Below are positions 36,601 to 45,886 of a DNA stretch of 64,000 bases, one piece after another (the stretch's first letter is position 1; the number at the start of each line of letters is the position of its first letter). The notes beneath the pieces were generated by a model that saw only the letters and a list, made by a program, of their open reading frames with translations, was not told where the DNA came from and made no database searches. A program made the position numbers and the translations under genes. Source of the DNA: a virus (Duplodnaviria; Heunggongvirae; Uroviricota; Caudoviricetes); the IMG/VR virus record IMGVR_UViG_2609460125_000009. One strand, 5' to 3'.

Positions 36601-38411
36601 CTGCAAGAGATGAAGCGGCGGCTCTTATTGCTAAGGAAAGCGAGGCTCGTGTTGAAGGCGATGCTGCAAACGCTAAACAACTGGAAGTGTTGCAGTCAAC
36701 GGTAGAGGAAAGCTCCGCTGCCGTTGAAGAAATGAAAAAGACGGTTGCAGAGGTCGATCGTGCCAGTGCAGAACTGACTACGAACATTGAGGCGTTAGCC
36801 AAAACAAATATTGACCTGGCTCTTCGTCAAGATGAAGACCAGCACAAGCAGATGGTCAATAACGCGAAGATCGCAACAACACAGAAAACCTTTGCTGATG
36901 ATATGTCTGCAATGGCCACGAAGGTTGAGGAAATTCGCGTAGAAATTGGCGAAGACATTAAGGCCAGTATTCTGGAAGAGTCCACCGCTCGTGCCGATGG
37001 CGATGAAGCGTTGGCAAAGCGTGTCACTCAGCTGCAATCTAAGTTTGAAGGAGATATCAGCGCGGCGATTAGTACAGAGCAGGAGGCTCGCACATCTGCC
37101 GATGAAGCTCTGACGACACAGATCACTCAGCTTGAGTCGAAAGTAAGCAACGATATCGTCGCAGCTATTAAGGAAGAGCAAGAAGCCCGAGCAACGGAAG
37201 ATTCGGCTCTGGCAAGCCAGATCACCCAACTTCAGGCAAAGGTTGATGATGATATTTCTGCTGCAATACGTAGTGAGCAGGAGGCCCGAGCAAGCGGGGA
37301 CTCTGCGTTAGCCAAACAAATAAACCAGCTTCAGTCAAAGGTTGACGGTGATATATCCGCGGCCATCACTCAGGAGCAGGAGGCCAGAGCAAGTGCTGAC
37401 CAGGCGCTCTCACGAGAAATTAACAGCCTGCGAGCACAAACCGGAACTGATATTGCCGCAGCGGTTGCTGTAGAGACAAAAGCAAGGACTGATGCCGATA
37501 GTGCATTGTCTACCCAGATTACGTCTCTTACAGCAAAAGCTAATGATCTCGAGGCGTCTCTTGCCAGAGAAACAACGGCTCGTGCAGATGGTGATACCGC
37601 TTTAACAAAAGAGGTTTCAAGTTTAAAAGCACAGACAGCGAAAGATATTAGTGCGGCCGTTGCAGTTGAAACGCAGGCTCGAACTGATGCTGACTCGGCG
37701 TTGTCGTCTCAGATCACCAAGCTGACCTCTCAATACAAAGAGGATATTAAAGCGGCTGTAGCAACCGAAACGAAAACGCGTACAGAGCAAGATGCTGCAT
37801 TGGCGACTCAAATCACAAACTTAGAGTCTCAAACGGCAGCCAACATTTCCGCGGCGGTAACAACTGAAACGACAGCGAGAACGCAGGCAGATAATGCTCT
37901 GAGTGGGCGAATCGATACTCTGAAAGCAGAGGTGGATGGAAATACCGCGACAATTCAACAGCAGGCAACAGCTATTGCTGATACCAACAAAAAAGTGTCA
38001 ACCGCGTGGACGTTGAAAATGGAAACTTCAACGAGCGGAGGGCAGAAGTATGTTGCCGGTATTGCGCTTGGTATTGACACCACTGGGCTATCTCAGTTTT
38101 TGGTTCAGGCGGACAGGTTTGGTTTGGTCAACTCTGTTAACGGGAAGATCACAACGCCATTTGTTATCGAAAACAGTATCGCCTATATGAATGGAGCGTA
38201 TATCAAGGATGGCACAATCACCAATGCAAAAGTAGGCGATCTGCAATCTACCAATTTTGTTAGCGGTAGATCTGGATGGCGGTTCGGCAAAAATGGAACG
38301 CTTGAGATCAACGGTAATAGCGGGGGTAATGGGCGACTGGTCATAAATGGTCAGCGGATTGACGTTTATGACGATAACAACGTCCTACGAGTAAGAATTG
38401 GCCTTCTGTAA
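33681..38411 (+). CDS. central tail fibre / host specificity protein (lambda J-like) with a long inserted repeat region
   Basis: Recalled J-like blocks (…NYPNSALVGLKVNSEQFGS…, …GVWDGTFK…, …CDEEVDDGFGG…EKRF…); 1576 aa. Confidence 0.85.
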   Translation: MDMEQFKKKKLPLLIAGAGGKKSKSSSRTPVEADDTVNSRAMAAILDLLGEGVIGGLVNGAKSIFIDDLPILNEDGSSNFSGITWDFRDGSQDQTPMAGFDFVETPKSVNIQLKKTHDVTVSIDNDEADRVRVIMKFPSLRSVDKSSGDTNGTTVKYKFQIANADATFSDVVAEGEKSVDITLTAKKTGVYYRSYELKLPKPGRAYKVRVIRLTDDNSSQYLYNDTWVDSIGEIVDTPMNYPNSALVGLKVNSEQFGSTMPSRSYLVRGIKIRVPSNYNEYTNTYVGVWDGTFKLLSSSNPAWILYDLLTNTRYGLGQFVSESMIDLGQLYQIGRYCDEEVDDGFGGKEKRFAINTQITSRQDAYRLIQDIAGAFRGMVFWAGGMVNIMQDSPSDPVMMFTNSNVKDGLFTYKGSARKDRPSVALVTYNNKEDGYKQNIEYVEDQDAMRRYGERKTEVVAFGCTSRGQAHRVGLWLLYTARMESDVITFTAGLDASFLMPGETVLIQNKYRAGKRNSGRIVEFTKNSITLDAPVSLAKSGSFIRILNQEGKIVERDVLETGENITKVTFSKALSSAETPVLNGVWTITEPDLEPMRVRIVNIAQGETPGSFDITAVENNPSKYEAIDNGATLIPQNTTVLDPTYSKPSNLQITEGTYLSSPGNLSVKLTATWEGKSPEYWISWRRSDENNVSNWQSARVTEEQYEIVNVAENGHYDFQLYAVSFNGKKTEIISTVYQVLGTMTPPDAPTSLTAVGDYRNVILNWVNPDSVDLDHINVYASQTNNLDTAKLIAESASTTFTHAGLGDSETWYYWVRASNKRGMLSPPNSNLGTEATTRDVLSFLAGKITSSELGQALLEDINSKASQEAVDELNEHINQSVESLEGAVNDVKEDIAELDKQFSDNLADFEIKFNERSDALESAQTELKGEVSATIDKVNEAFEKIDATDAAIVEIENTVSEHDKALANTVEAIKAARDEAAALIAKESEARVEGDAANAKQLEVLQSTVEESSAAVEEMKKTVAEVDRASAELTTNIEALAKTNIDLALRQDEDQHKQMVNNAKIATTQKTFADDMSAMATKVEEIRVEIGEDIKASILEESTARADGDEALAKRVTQLQSKFEGDISAAISTEQEARTSADEALTTQITQLESKVSNDIVAAIKEEQEARATEDSALASQITQLQAKVDDDISAAIRSEQEARASGDSALAKQINQLQSKVDGDISAAITQEQEARASADQALSREINSLRAQTGTDIAAAVAVETKARTDADSALSTQITSLTAKANDLEASLARETTARADGDTALTKEVSSLKAQTAKDISAAVAVETQARTDADSALSSQITKLTSQYKEDIKAAVATETKTRTEQDAALATQITNLESQTAANISAAVTTETTARTQADNALSGRIDTLKAEVDGNTATIQQQATAIADTNKKVSTAWTLKMETSTSGGQKYVAGIALGIDTTGLSQFLVQADRFGLVNSVNGKITTPFVIENSIAYMNGAYIKDGTITNAKVGDLQSTNFVSGRSGWRFGKNGTLEINGNSGGNGRLVINGQRIDVYDDNNVLRVRIGLL
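36950..37930 (+). repeat. about 15 tandem 63-bp coding repeats inside the J-like gene
   Basis: 21-aa unit of the form ITQLQSKVxxDISAAIxxEQEARxxADxALA. Confidence 0.75.
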
Positions 38412-38441
38412 TGTAGAAAAAAATATTTATATCGGTAAAAA

Positions 38442-38460
38442 TAAGTAGGTACATACTTAG
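38442..38460. promoter_or_regulatory. motif family 2 site TAAGTAGGTACATACTTAG
   Basis: Inverted repeat ~45 bp upstream of the tail fibre gene. Confidence 0.45.
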
Positions 38461-38503
38461 TGGTGGGCAAGGATAGCCCACCAAATCAAGGAGCATATTC
38501 AAC

Positions 38504-41500
38504 ATGTGGTACAGGGAAGGTACTATCACATTTACACAGGGCAGCAATACTCTGGTTGGGGCAGGGACAGCCTGGAACGTAACAGCTAATGGTGTGTTGC
38601 CGGGGATGATCGTCATTGGCCCCGACAATAAGCTGTATGAGATCAAGCGCGTAACCAGTGATACGAACATTGTTCTCTCAGAACCTTATACCGGCGAAAC
38701 TCAGTCTGAAGTTCCGTGCCGAATCATTACGACCTATGAAGGCGACTTAACACAGTTTAGCGCGCGCTTTACAGCACTAATGTCGCGTATGTCGGCTGAT
38801 TCCAAGTCCATGCGCAGTTGGTTGACTGCTCTGGATGAGGTGACAATCGAGCGTGAAGACGGTACAGAAGTGACCGTTAAGCCGCTAATGCAGATCGTCA
38901 ACGAGCACAACGAAAACGTTGAGTGGTATAAAAATAACACTGACGCGATTGATGCTGCTGGCGACAAAGCTCGTGAGGCGGCGGCCAGTGCTGCCGCAGC
39001 AGCAGAAAGCGCCAATATCGCTGGAGAAAAAGCCTCTCAAGCGTCTCAAAGTGCATCCGCTGCAGAGTCCTCAAAAAGCGCGGCGGCCACAAGTGCCGGT
39101 GCCGCGAAAACGTCTGAAACGAATGCTGCAGCGTCACAAAAATCTGCAGCCACTTCTGCATCCACCGCGACCACGAAGGCGTCAGAAGCTGCCACCTCAG
39201 CCCGGGATGCGGCGGCCTCAAAAGAGGCAGCGAAATCATCAGAAACGAGCGCAGCCTCGAGCGCCAGTAATGCCGCTTCCTCGGCAACGGCGGCAGGAAA
39301 TTCCGCGAAGGCGGCAAAAACGTCCGAGACGAACGCCAGGTCTTCTGAAACGGCAGCGGGACAGAGCGCCTCGGCTGCGGCAGGCTCAAAAACAGCGGCT
39401 GCGTCGTCTGCCAGTGCCGCGTCAACAAGTGCCGGGCAGGCCTCAGCCAGTGCCACCGCCGCCGGAAAATCGGCAGAAAGTGCCGCATCGTCTGCTTCAA
39501 CAGCCACAACGAAGGCTGGCGAAGCCACTGAACAGGCCAGCGCAGCAGCGAGGTCTGCTTCCGCAGCGAAGACATCCGAAACGAACGCGAAAGCGTCGGA
39601 AACCCGTGCAGAATCCTCAAAAACGGCAGCCGCATCGTCCGCCAGTTCGGCAGCGTCATCGGCATCATCTGCGTCTGCTTCAAAAGATGAGGCGACCAGA
39701 CAGGCGTCAGCAGCGAAGGGCAGCGCCACGACGGCATCCACGAAAGCAACAGAGGCGGCAGGCAGTGCGACGGCAGCATCTCAGAGCAAAACTGCTGCTG
39801 AATCCGCTGCGACCCGTGCGGAAGCTGCTGCTGATCGTGCTGAAGAGATTGCCGGTGCAGTTGCGATGGAAGACGCAAGCCTTACAACTAAAGGTGTTGT
39901 GAAACTTAGCAGTGCTGTCGACAGCACCAGTGAATCGCTGGCCGCAACGCCAAAAGCAGTTAAAGTAGTCAATGACAATGCGAACAGCAGGGTGCCATCT
40001 AACCGAAAAATTAACGGGAAAGCACTGACTGCGGATATCACATTAACGCCGAAAGATATTGGTACTTTAAATTCAATAACGATGTCTTTCTCTGGCGGGG
40101 CCGGGTGGTTCAAACTGGCTACTGTTACAATGCCACAAGCGAGTTCCATCGTTTACATCGCATTGATTGGTGGCGCTGGTTACAACGTCGGCTCCCCACA
40201 TCAGGCAGGCATTTCAGAACTGGTTCTACGAGCAGGCAATGGAAACCCCAAAGGGATTACAGGTGCTTTGTGGAAGCGTACAGCTGTCGGATTAACGAAT
40301 TTCGCCTGGATCAACACATCCGGCGATACATATGATATTTACGTTGAGATTGGCAATTATGCGACTCGTGTAAATATCCATTGGGATTGTACTGCAAATG
40401 CGACAGTTTCTATTTATACATCGCCAACATATTCAGCTAGTAAGCCTTCCAGCGTTACCGATGGTGTTGTTTATACGATGTATAGCACACATCAGAAACC
40501 GACGCCGTTAGATATTGGAGCACTGCCAACAACCGGAGGAACAGTTTCAGGTCCGTTGTCTGTTACTGGTGGGATCACCGGAACATTAAATGGTAATGCA
40601 AGTACAGCAACGAAATTGCAGACGGCAAGATCTATCGGTGGAGTTGGTTTCGACGGTTCTGCAAATATCAACCTTCCAGGTGTAAATACTACGGGTAATC
40701 AGAACACCACTGGTAATGCTGCAACTGCTACAAAACTTCAGACGGCAAGAACTATCGGCGGCGTGAGCTTTGATGGTACTGCGAATATTAATTTGCCAGG
40801 TGTTAATACGACTGGTAATCAGAATACAACGGGCAACGCGGCTACTGCTACGAAGTTGCAGACTGCGCGTACTATCAATGGGGTGTCGTTTGACGGCTCG
40901 GCAAATATTTCCTTGTCGCCAGCAAATATAGGTTGCCCGGCATCTCCTACTGGTTGGTTAACTACAGGAAGTAATGGCGGAGCAATAACAACAGCACAGT
41001 TAGTGACGTTATTGCAAAATAATGGAGCATTTAACACAAAGTCATGGATTGCTCGATGTGCTTGGGCCTATGCCAATAGTGCAACCATACCAAATAGTGA
41101 AACTGGTTGTGGCGTTATTCCATTGGCAGGAGCTGTTATAGAGGTATTTAATAACGGTAGTAGCTCAAACAATTATACGATCCGTATAACAACGGCCACA
41201 ACGACGAGTGTCTCTGGTGCTCTCACTAATGCGGAGTTTATCTATGTATTTAATGGCACAGATTATTCTCCGGGATGGCGAAGAGTATATAACACGAAAA
41301 ACAAACCAACAGCCTCTGATGTCGGTGCATTACCTCTTACCGGTGGTACATTATCTGGAGGTTTGACATCTTCTGGCGAGATCATTTCAAAATATGCAAA
41401 TGGTTTCCGCATTGCTTACGGTAGCTTTGGGTTCTTTATCCGTAATGATGGATCGAACACATATTTCATGCTAACAGCATCAGGAGACACATTAGGTTCA

Positions 41501-42661
41501 TGGAACGGTTTGCGACCAATTACAATTAATAATACCAGCGGTGCTGTATCAATTGGTAATGGACTAAATGTGACTGGTGGCGTAAATGGTAGTTTGAACG
41601 GTAATGCTTCAACAGCTACGAAGTTGCAAACAGCGAGAAACATCAATGGTGTTAAGTTTGATGGCTCAGGCGATATCAACATTAATACATTGGTATCTCG
41701 TGGCCGAGTTACGGCGTTAAGCGGCTCTACTCAAGGCACTGCTGGCATTCAAATGTACGAGGCGTACAACAATAGCTACCCGACCACGTATGGCAACGTA
41801 TTGCACATGAAAGGTGCGAGTGCTGCTGGTGAGGGCGAGTTGCTTATTGGCTGGAGTGGTACGAGCGGTGCACATGCGCCAGTTTTCATTCGCTCACGAA
41901 GAGATACCACAGATGCGGCATGGTCAGCGTGGGCGCAGGTATATACTGCTAAGGATTCAATCCCTGGTGTGAATACAACCGGTAATCAGAATACTACTGG
42001 TAATGCCGCAACAGCCACAAAATTGCAGACAGCAAGGAAAATTGCTGGTGTGGCGTTTGATGGCTCTGCCGATATTACTTTGACTGCGGCTAACCTTAAT
42101 GCTTATACGAAAACAGAGGTAACAAACCTTCTAAGTTCCTATGCAAGCAGATCATCACTGACAGGCTATAGTGGCAACCTGGATATTATTGCTGAAACAC
42201 TGGTTGTCAAATCAGGCGGTAGTGGAGGGTTTGCTATATGGGATATTGGCACAACTACTAGCGGTGCCAATATGTACATTGATCCAAACCCTGGTATCAA
42301 TACAGTTTGGCGTTCAACATCTTCAAGGCGCTATAAAAAGGATATTGAAACATTACAAGATCGATATGCTGATGAACTTTTGTCATTAAGACCTGTTTGG
42401 TATCGTTCAATTTGTCGAGGTGACCGAAAGGATTGGGGGTATTACGGCCTTATTGCTGAAGAGGTTGGTGAGATTGCCCCGCAATATGTCCATTGGCGTG
42501 AACCAACAAATAATGATTCTCCAGAAGATATTTCCTCAAATGGTATGGTCGCTGAAGGGGTGATGTATGAGCGTTTGGTTGTACCACTCATTCATCATAT
42601 TCAGCAATTGACCAAAAGGGTTGAGGAGCTTGAAACGAAGTTAAATTCACCTAAAGAATAA
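38504..42661 (+). CDS. side tail fibre with C-terminal intramolecular chaperone (peptidase S74-like) domain
   Basis: Ala/Ser-rich low-complexity region, five GNAATATKLQTAR-containing repeats, C-terminal chaperone-like block (…YGLIAEEV…). Confidence 0.8.
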   Translation: MWYREGTITFTQGSNTLVGAGTAWNVTANGVLPGMIVIGPDNKLYEIKRVTSDTNIVLSEPYTGETQSEVPCRIITTYEGDLTQFSARFTALMSRMSADSKSMRSWLTALDEVTIEREDGTEVTVKPLMQIVNEHNENVEWYKNNTDAIDAAGDKAREAAASAAAAAESANIAGEKASQASQSASAAESSKSAAATSAGAAKTSETNAAASQKSAATSASTATTKASEAATSARDAAASKEAAKSSETSAASSASNAASSATAAGNSAKAAKTSETNARSSETAAGQSASAAAGSKTAAASSASAASTSAGQASASATAAGKSAESAASSASTATTKAGEATEQASAAARSASAAKTSETNAKASETRAESSKTAAASSASSAASSASSASASKDEATRQASAAKGSATTASTKATEAAGSATAASQSKTAAESAATRAEAAADRAEEIAGAVAMEDASLTTKGVVKLSSAVDSTSESLAATPKAVKVVNDNANSRVPSNRKINGKALTADITLTPKDIGTLNSITMSFSGGAGWFKLATVTMPQASSIVYIALIGGAGYNVGSPHQAGISELVLRAGNGNPKGITGALWKRTAVGLTNFAWINTSGDTYDIYVEIGNYATRVNIHWDCTANATVSIYTSPTYSASKPSSVTDGVVYTMYSTHQKPTPLDIGALPTTGGTVSGPLSVTGGITGTLNGNASTATKLQTARSIGGVGFDGSANINLPGVNTTGNQNTTGNAATATKLQTARTIGGVSFDGTANINLPGVNTTGNQNTTGNAATATKLQTARTINGVSFDGSANISLSPANIGCPASPTGWLTTGSNGGAITTAQLVTLLQNNGAFNTKSWIARCAWAYANSATIPNSETGCGVIPLAGAVIEVFNNGSSSNNYTIRITTATTTSVSGALTNAEFIYVFNGTDYSPGWRRVYNTKNKPTASDVGALPLTGGTLSGGLTSSGEIISKYANGFRIAYGSFGFFIRNDGSNTYFMLTASGDTLGSWNGLRPITINNTSGAVSIGNGLNVTGGVNGSLNGNASTATKLQTARNINGVKFDGSGDININTLVSRGRVTALSGSTQGTAGIQMYEAYNNSYPTTYGNVLHMKGASAAGEGELLIGWSGTSGAHAPVFIRSRRDTTDAAWSAWAQVYTAKDSIPGVNTTGNQNTTGNAATATKLQTARKIAGVAFDGSADITLTAANLNAYTKTEVTNLLSSYASRSSLTGYSGNLDIIAETLVVKSGGSGGFAIWDIGTTTSGANMYIDPNPGINTVWRSTSSRRYKKDIETLQDRYADELLSLRPVWYRSICRGDRKDWGYYGLIAEEVGEIAPQYVHWREPTNNDSPEDISSNGMVAEGVMYERLVVPLIHHIQQLTKRVEELETKLNSPKE

Positions 42662-42721
42662 ACAACTTCAATCGGGGCTGGAACTAAACCAGCCCCTGCT
42701 TAAAAGTATAAGGATATATTT

Positions 42722-42976
42722 ATGAGCTATGGTGCACAGGTATGGTCGCCATCAAGACAGGAGATGGTCGATGCGTTGGCCCCTGTTTATTACCTCGATT
42801 ATTTTACTCCCTCTGGTTCTGGAAGTAGAACATATGAGGTTGAGGCGGGATTGGGAATCGACTATTACATAATGGACGTAACCAATGGGAAATACACAAG
42901 TCTTACGGTTTCTGGAAATACCATTTCATGGTCTGGAGCTAGTGGCAATTTAAACATATTGGTTTTTCAAAAATAA
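42722..42976 (+). CDS. hypothetical protein downstream of the tail fibre
   Basis: 84-aa ORF. Confidence 0.4.
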   Translation: MSYGAQVWSPSRQEMVDALAPVYYLDYFTPSGSGSRTYEVEAGLGIDYYIMDVTNGKYTSLTVSGNTISWSGASGNLNILVFQK

Positions 42977-43584
42977 TGTACGGAAGCAAGATATATCGAT
43001 CTGACGGGAAGGTCTGGATGTCTCCTTCTTTGTCTCCTATCGTCTTTCAGAGAAAGCAGGTTGTTTCTTTGTCTGGCGGGACAGAGTTTAACACCCAAAT
43101 ATCTCCAGATCGTTCACCGATGATTTTTGTTGCCTATTCGAAAGCTGTTTCATTAATAGCCAACAGAATAGTGCGTAACAACCAGGTGATTTACAGTTTC
43201 GGAGGTCAGGGTAGCGACTCTAGTGCCACGATATACGTATTTTCGAAAGGTATAGCCAAAAAAGAAACTTGGGGCATGAGTTTTTTCAATGCACAAGGGG
43301 AGGAAATCTATAATACGGCAAATATCCCACTTTCATTTACCTTTCTTAATAATACGGAGTGGAACAGCTCTGGAGGGCATGTTTTTGATTACCCACCAGC
43401 GATAATCCCAACATATGCGAATGTGTTCGCTGTTCCAGTACCGGGCGGAGCCATGACAATGGTTTATGGATATGCGGCATATGGAAATACTGTTAGCTCG
43501 ATATTCGTAAACCAACTTAATGGCGGCCATAGTTTTAGCGTAAATGGCAGAGTACCGGTAATAAATAGAAATCTGTATAACTGA
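42976..43584 (+). CDS. hypothetical protein
   Basis: 202-aa ORF overlapping the upstream stop. Confidence 0.45.
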   Translation: MYGSKIYRSDGKVWMSPSLSPIVFQRKQVVSLSGGTEFNTQISPDRSPMIFVAYSKAVSLIANRIVRNNQVIYSFGGQGSDSSATIYVFSKGIAKKETWGMSFFNAQGEEIYNTANIPLSFTFLNNTEWNSSGGHVFDYPPAIIPTYANVFAVPVPGGAMTMVYGYAAYGNTVSSIFVNQLNGGHSFSVNGRVPVINRNLYN

Positions 43585-43591
43585 TGAGTAA

Positions 43592-43825
43592 ATGATGAAA
43601 AGATTATTTCTAACAATAGCTGTTGTTCTCTCTCTTACTGGCTGCCAGAAATTGCCGACACCTATATGTTACGGTGAGGCTATCATTGGTGGACAGGAGA
43701 CAGTCATACCCATATATGCTGTTAAAAAAGTGAACGACTATACCTTATACAAAGCGGGTAGCATCTATAACTGGCGATGGGTAGGAGTAGGTGCTTTCTC
43801 ATCAGTCCGTTGCAATGTTGAATGA
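43592..43825 (+). CDS. small lipoprotein, candidate superinfection-exclusion protein
   Basis: Signal peptide with lipobox LTGC; 77 aa; located after the tail fibre genes. Confidence 0.55.
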   Translation: MMKRLFLTIAVVLSLTGCQKLPTPICYGEAIIGGQETVIPIYAVKKVNDYTLYKAGSIYNWRWVGVGAFSSVRCNVE

Positions 43826-43906
43826 TAAGTAAGTACACACCTACAACAAGAAGGTGAAATGTGATATAAATCCGCCATCCCGATTTGACTTTTCATGGAG
43901 GAAAAC

Positions 43907-44230
43907 ATGTCGAACGAGATGGCGGGCGTTACAACAGAGCAAGTTGAGCGTATTGCCGCGATCGTTGCTCGGGAGGTTGTTGGCAAATTAGGTAAAGAGC
44001 TACGTGAAGAAATTGGCCAGGAGGTCAATGATCAGCTGAAAACCTACTTTGGTGATATGACCCCGGCGCAACATAGTATTCAACACTCCAACCTGGACAA
44101 ACTCCTTAACCGGTTAGATTCCATCTCCAGTGGGTTCTTTGGCGGCATTGTTTCTAAAATAACGTCGTTCATTATTACTGCACTGCTTTTGGGGTTAGCC
44201 GCGTATGGCGTAAAAAATGGACTGCAATAA
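43907..44230 (+). CDS. putative holin-like membrane protein
   Basis: C-terminal transmembrane segment; first gene of the lysis block; start at the ATG with GGAGGA RBS. Confidence 0.4.
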   Translation: MSNEMAGVTTEQVERIAAIVAREVVGKLGKELREEIGQEVNDQLKTYFGDMTPAQHSIQHSNLDKLLNRLDSISSGFFGGIVSKITSFIITALLLGLAAYGVKNGLQ

Positions 44231-44243
44231 CAGGAGATCAAGG

Positions 44244-44936
44244 ATGAAGACTCCGAGAGGCATTCGTAATAATAACCCCGGTAATCTTGATAAAGGATCA
44301 CCGTGGCAAGGTCTGGTTGCGAATCCAGACGAACCGCGCTTTTGCACGTTTAAAGACCCTGTTTGGGGGATTCGTGCGCTGGCGGTGACTCTAATTACCT
44401 ACCACGACAAACGTCGCGCAAAAGACGGCTCAAGTATCGATACCATTCGTGAAGTTATTGAACGTTGGGCACCGCCGAATGAAAACAACACTGACGCCTA
44501 CATTAATGAGGTGTCTAAAGCCGTTGGTGTAACCGCAGACATGATCATCGATCTGCATGATTACGACATCCTTCGACCTTTGGTTGAGGCAATCATTCGC
44601 CACGAGAATGGTCGAGGTCCACTAAAAACGCTGAACACCTGGTATGCGGCAGAAGTTATTGAAGAAGGTCTGCGTCGAGCTGGCGTCGTTAAGCCGGTGA
44701 AAACCGTGAAGGCTGTTCCTGTAACTAAAGAAACCGCAGGCGCAACTGTCACAGCAGGTATTGGTCTGGCGCAGCTTGCCGATGTTATGCCGCAGGTTTC
44801 CGCTGCTATGGATAAAGCACAAGGTCATATCTCTAGCGGGGATACAGTACGCATCATCTTCGGTATTGCCACTATTTTTGTGGCCGGATTCATTGCCTGG
44901 TCGCAGGTAAGAAGACACCAGAAAGGGATGGTCTAA
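44244..44936 (+). CDS. putative cell-wall hydrolase / lysis protein with C-terminal membrane anchor
   Basis: Position between holin-like gene and spanins; C-terminal transmembrane segment; enzymatic class not determined. Confidence 0.4.
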   Translation: MKTPRGIRNNNPGNLDKGSPWQGLVANPDEPRFCTFKDPVWGIRALAVTLITYHDKRRAKDGSSIDTIREVIERWAPPNENNTDAYINEVSKAVGVTADMIIDLHDYDILRPLVEAIIRHENGRGPLKTLNTWYAAEVIEEGLRRAGVVKPVKTVKAVPVTKETAGATVTAGIGLAQLADVMPQVSAAMDKAQGHISSGDTVRIIFGIATIFVAGFIAWSQVRRHQKGMV

Positions 44937-44937
44937 T

Positions 44938-45189
44938 ATGCTAGGCAGCCTGATGACAAAGCTAAAAGTTGCTTTGATTACGCTGGCTGCCGTTCTTTTC
45001 GTTCTTGTCGGCGCTTACACGATGGGCGGAAATGCGGCGCGACGAGCAATGGAAGAGAAGGCAAAACAGGAAGACAGAAAACGACTTCAAAACACAGTGA
45101 AAGTGGTGAATGAGACGAGCAGTAAAATACGTCAGAAAGATGCTTCTGCCGTTCATCGTGAGTTGTATGATAAGTGGGTGCGTCATTAA
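44938..45189 (+). CDS. i-spanin (Rz-like)
   Basis: N-terminal transmembrane segment followed by a charged coiled-coil. Confidence 0.6.
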   Translation: MLGSLMTKLKVALITLAAVLFVLVGAYTMGGNAARRAMEEKAKQEDRKRLQNTVKVVNETSSKIRQKDASAVHRELYDKWVRH

Positions 45190-45325
45190 ACCACAAACAG
45201 CCAGCGTGTTGTTCTGCGATGGGGCTGAGCCTATCTATATCAGCAATAATGATGTAATGACTGAAGAAACCGAACGCCAAATCCTTTTTCACAATACGAT
45301 GGGAGAGAGGGTTTGTGGTTGGTGA
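45140..45325 (+). CDS. o-spanin (Rz1-like lipoprotein), overlapping the i-spanin gene in another frame
   Basis: Signal peptide with lipobox ISGC; begins inside the i-spanin gene and extends beyond it. Confidence 0.55.
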   Translation: MLLPFIVSCMISGCVIKPQTASVLFCDGAEPIYISNNDVMTEETERQILFHNTMGERVCGW

Positions 45326-45357
45326 TGTCGAAGTTCCCCTCAAATGAGGGGAACACA

Positions 45358-45879
45358 TTATTCTTCGAACAATTTTTCGATAGATTTTGTAGGATAGAAC
45401 AAAGAACGCTCGTTGTTACCAACCAGCTGGATAAAGCCTAAACTTTTATAAAACGCCTTGGCTTTGTCATTTAACGCCTCAACGAAAAGTCCATGAATGC
45501 CTACAGCAAGAGATGCATTGTACACAACGCGCATTGCATGTGTTACAAGCATTGAGCCAAATCCTTGACCTTGAAGGGACTTGTCCAAAGCCAGCCTACC
45601 CAAAGTAACACTTGGAACATTCCGATAAGGAACCTTCTTTTGTTTGCTTCTTGAAGGTAAGGACTCCTTTTCAAAACAACTACCTGACAAAGTGTAATAT
45701 CCTAACACTTTTGGCCTTTCTTCTTGAGTGCAAAGCACATAAGCACGAAGAATTTTTCCCTCATGCTGCCTTTTTAAGTGGTTGGCTAAAAAGGCGTTTA
45801 GTGACTCTTCGCCGCAATCAAAACCGTTTAGATCATAATCTTTCTCTCCAGAGAAAATCTCTATCGTTGTATTGCTCAC
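45358..45879 (-). CDS. GNAT-family acetyltransferase toxin (TacT/KacT/AtaT-like)
   Basis: GNAT motif QGQGFGSMLV; directly downstream of an RHH antitoxin-like gene. Confidence 0.7.
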   Translation of the reverse strand: MSNTTIEIFSGEKDYDLNGFDCGEESLNAFLANHLKRQHEGKILRAYVLCTQEERPKVLGYYTLSGSCFEKESLPSRSKQKKVPYRNVPSVTLGRLALDKSLQGQGFGSMLVTHAMRVVYNASLAVGIHGLFVEALNDKAKAFYKSLGFIQLVGNNERSLFYPTKSIEKLFEE

Positions 45880-45886
45880 GAGTAAA

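Noticed and set aside
36275-37229. Minus-strand ORFs (36275..36802, 36369..36680, 36795..37229, 36827..37027) inside the J-like gene
   Set aside because: They coincide with the 63-bp tandem coding repeats of the J-like protein, have low-complexity translations and lack independent start signals.
38898-39902. Long ORFs on both strands and in alternative frames (38898..39878 -, 38919..39902 +, 39046..39741 -, 39781..40149 -) with Arg/Pro/Gln-rich or Ala/Asp-rich translations
   Set aside because: They lie entirely within the Ala/Ser-rich low-complexity segment of the tail fibre gene. GC-rich repetitive codons keep off-frames open, so these are artefacts.
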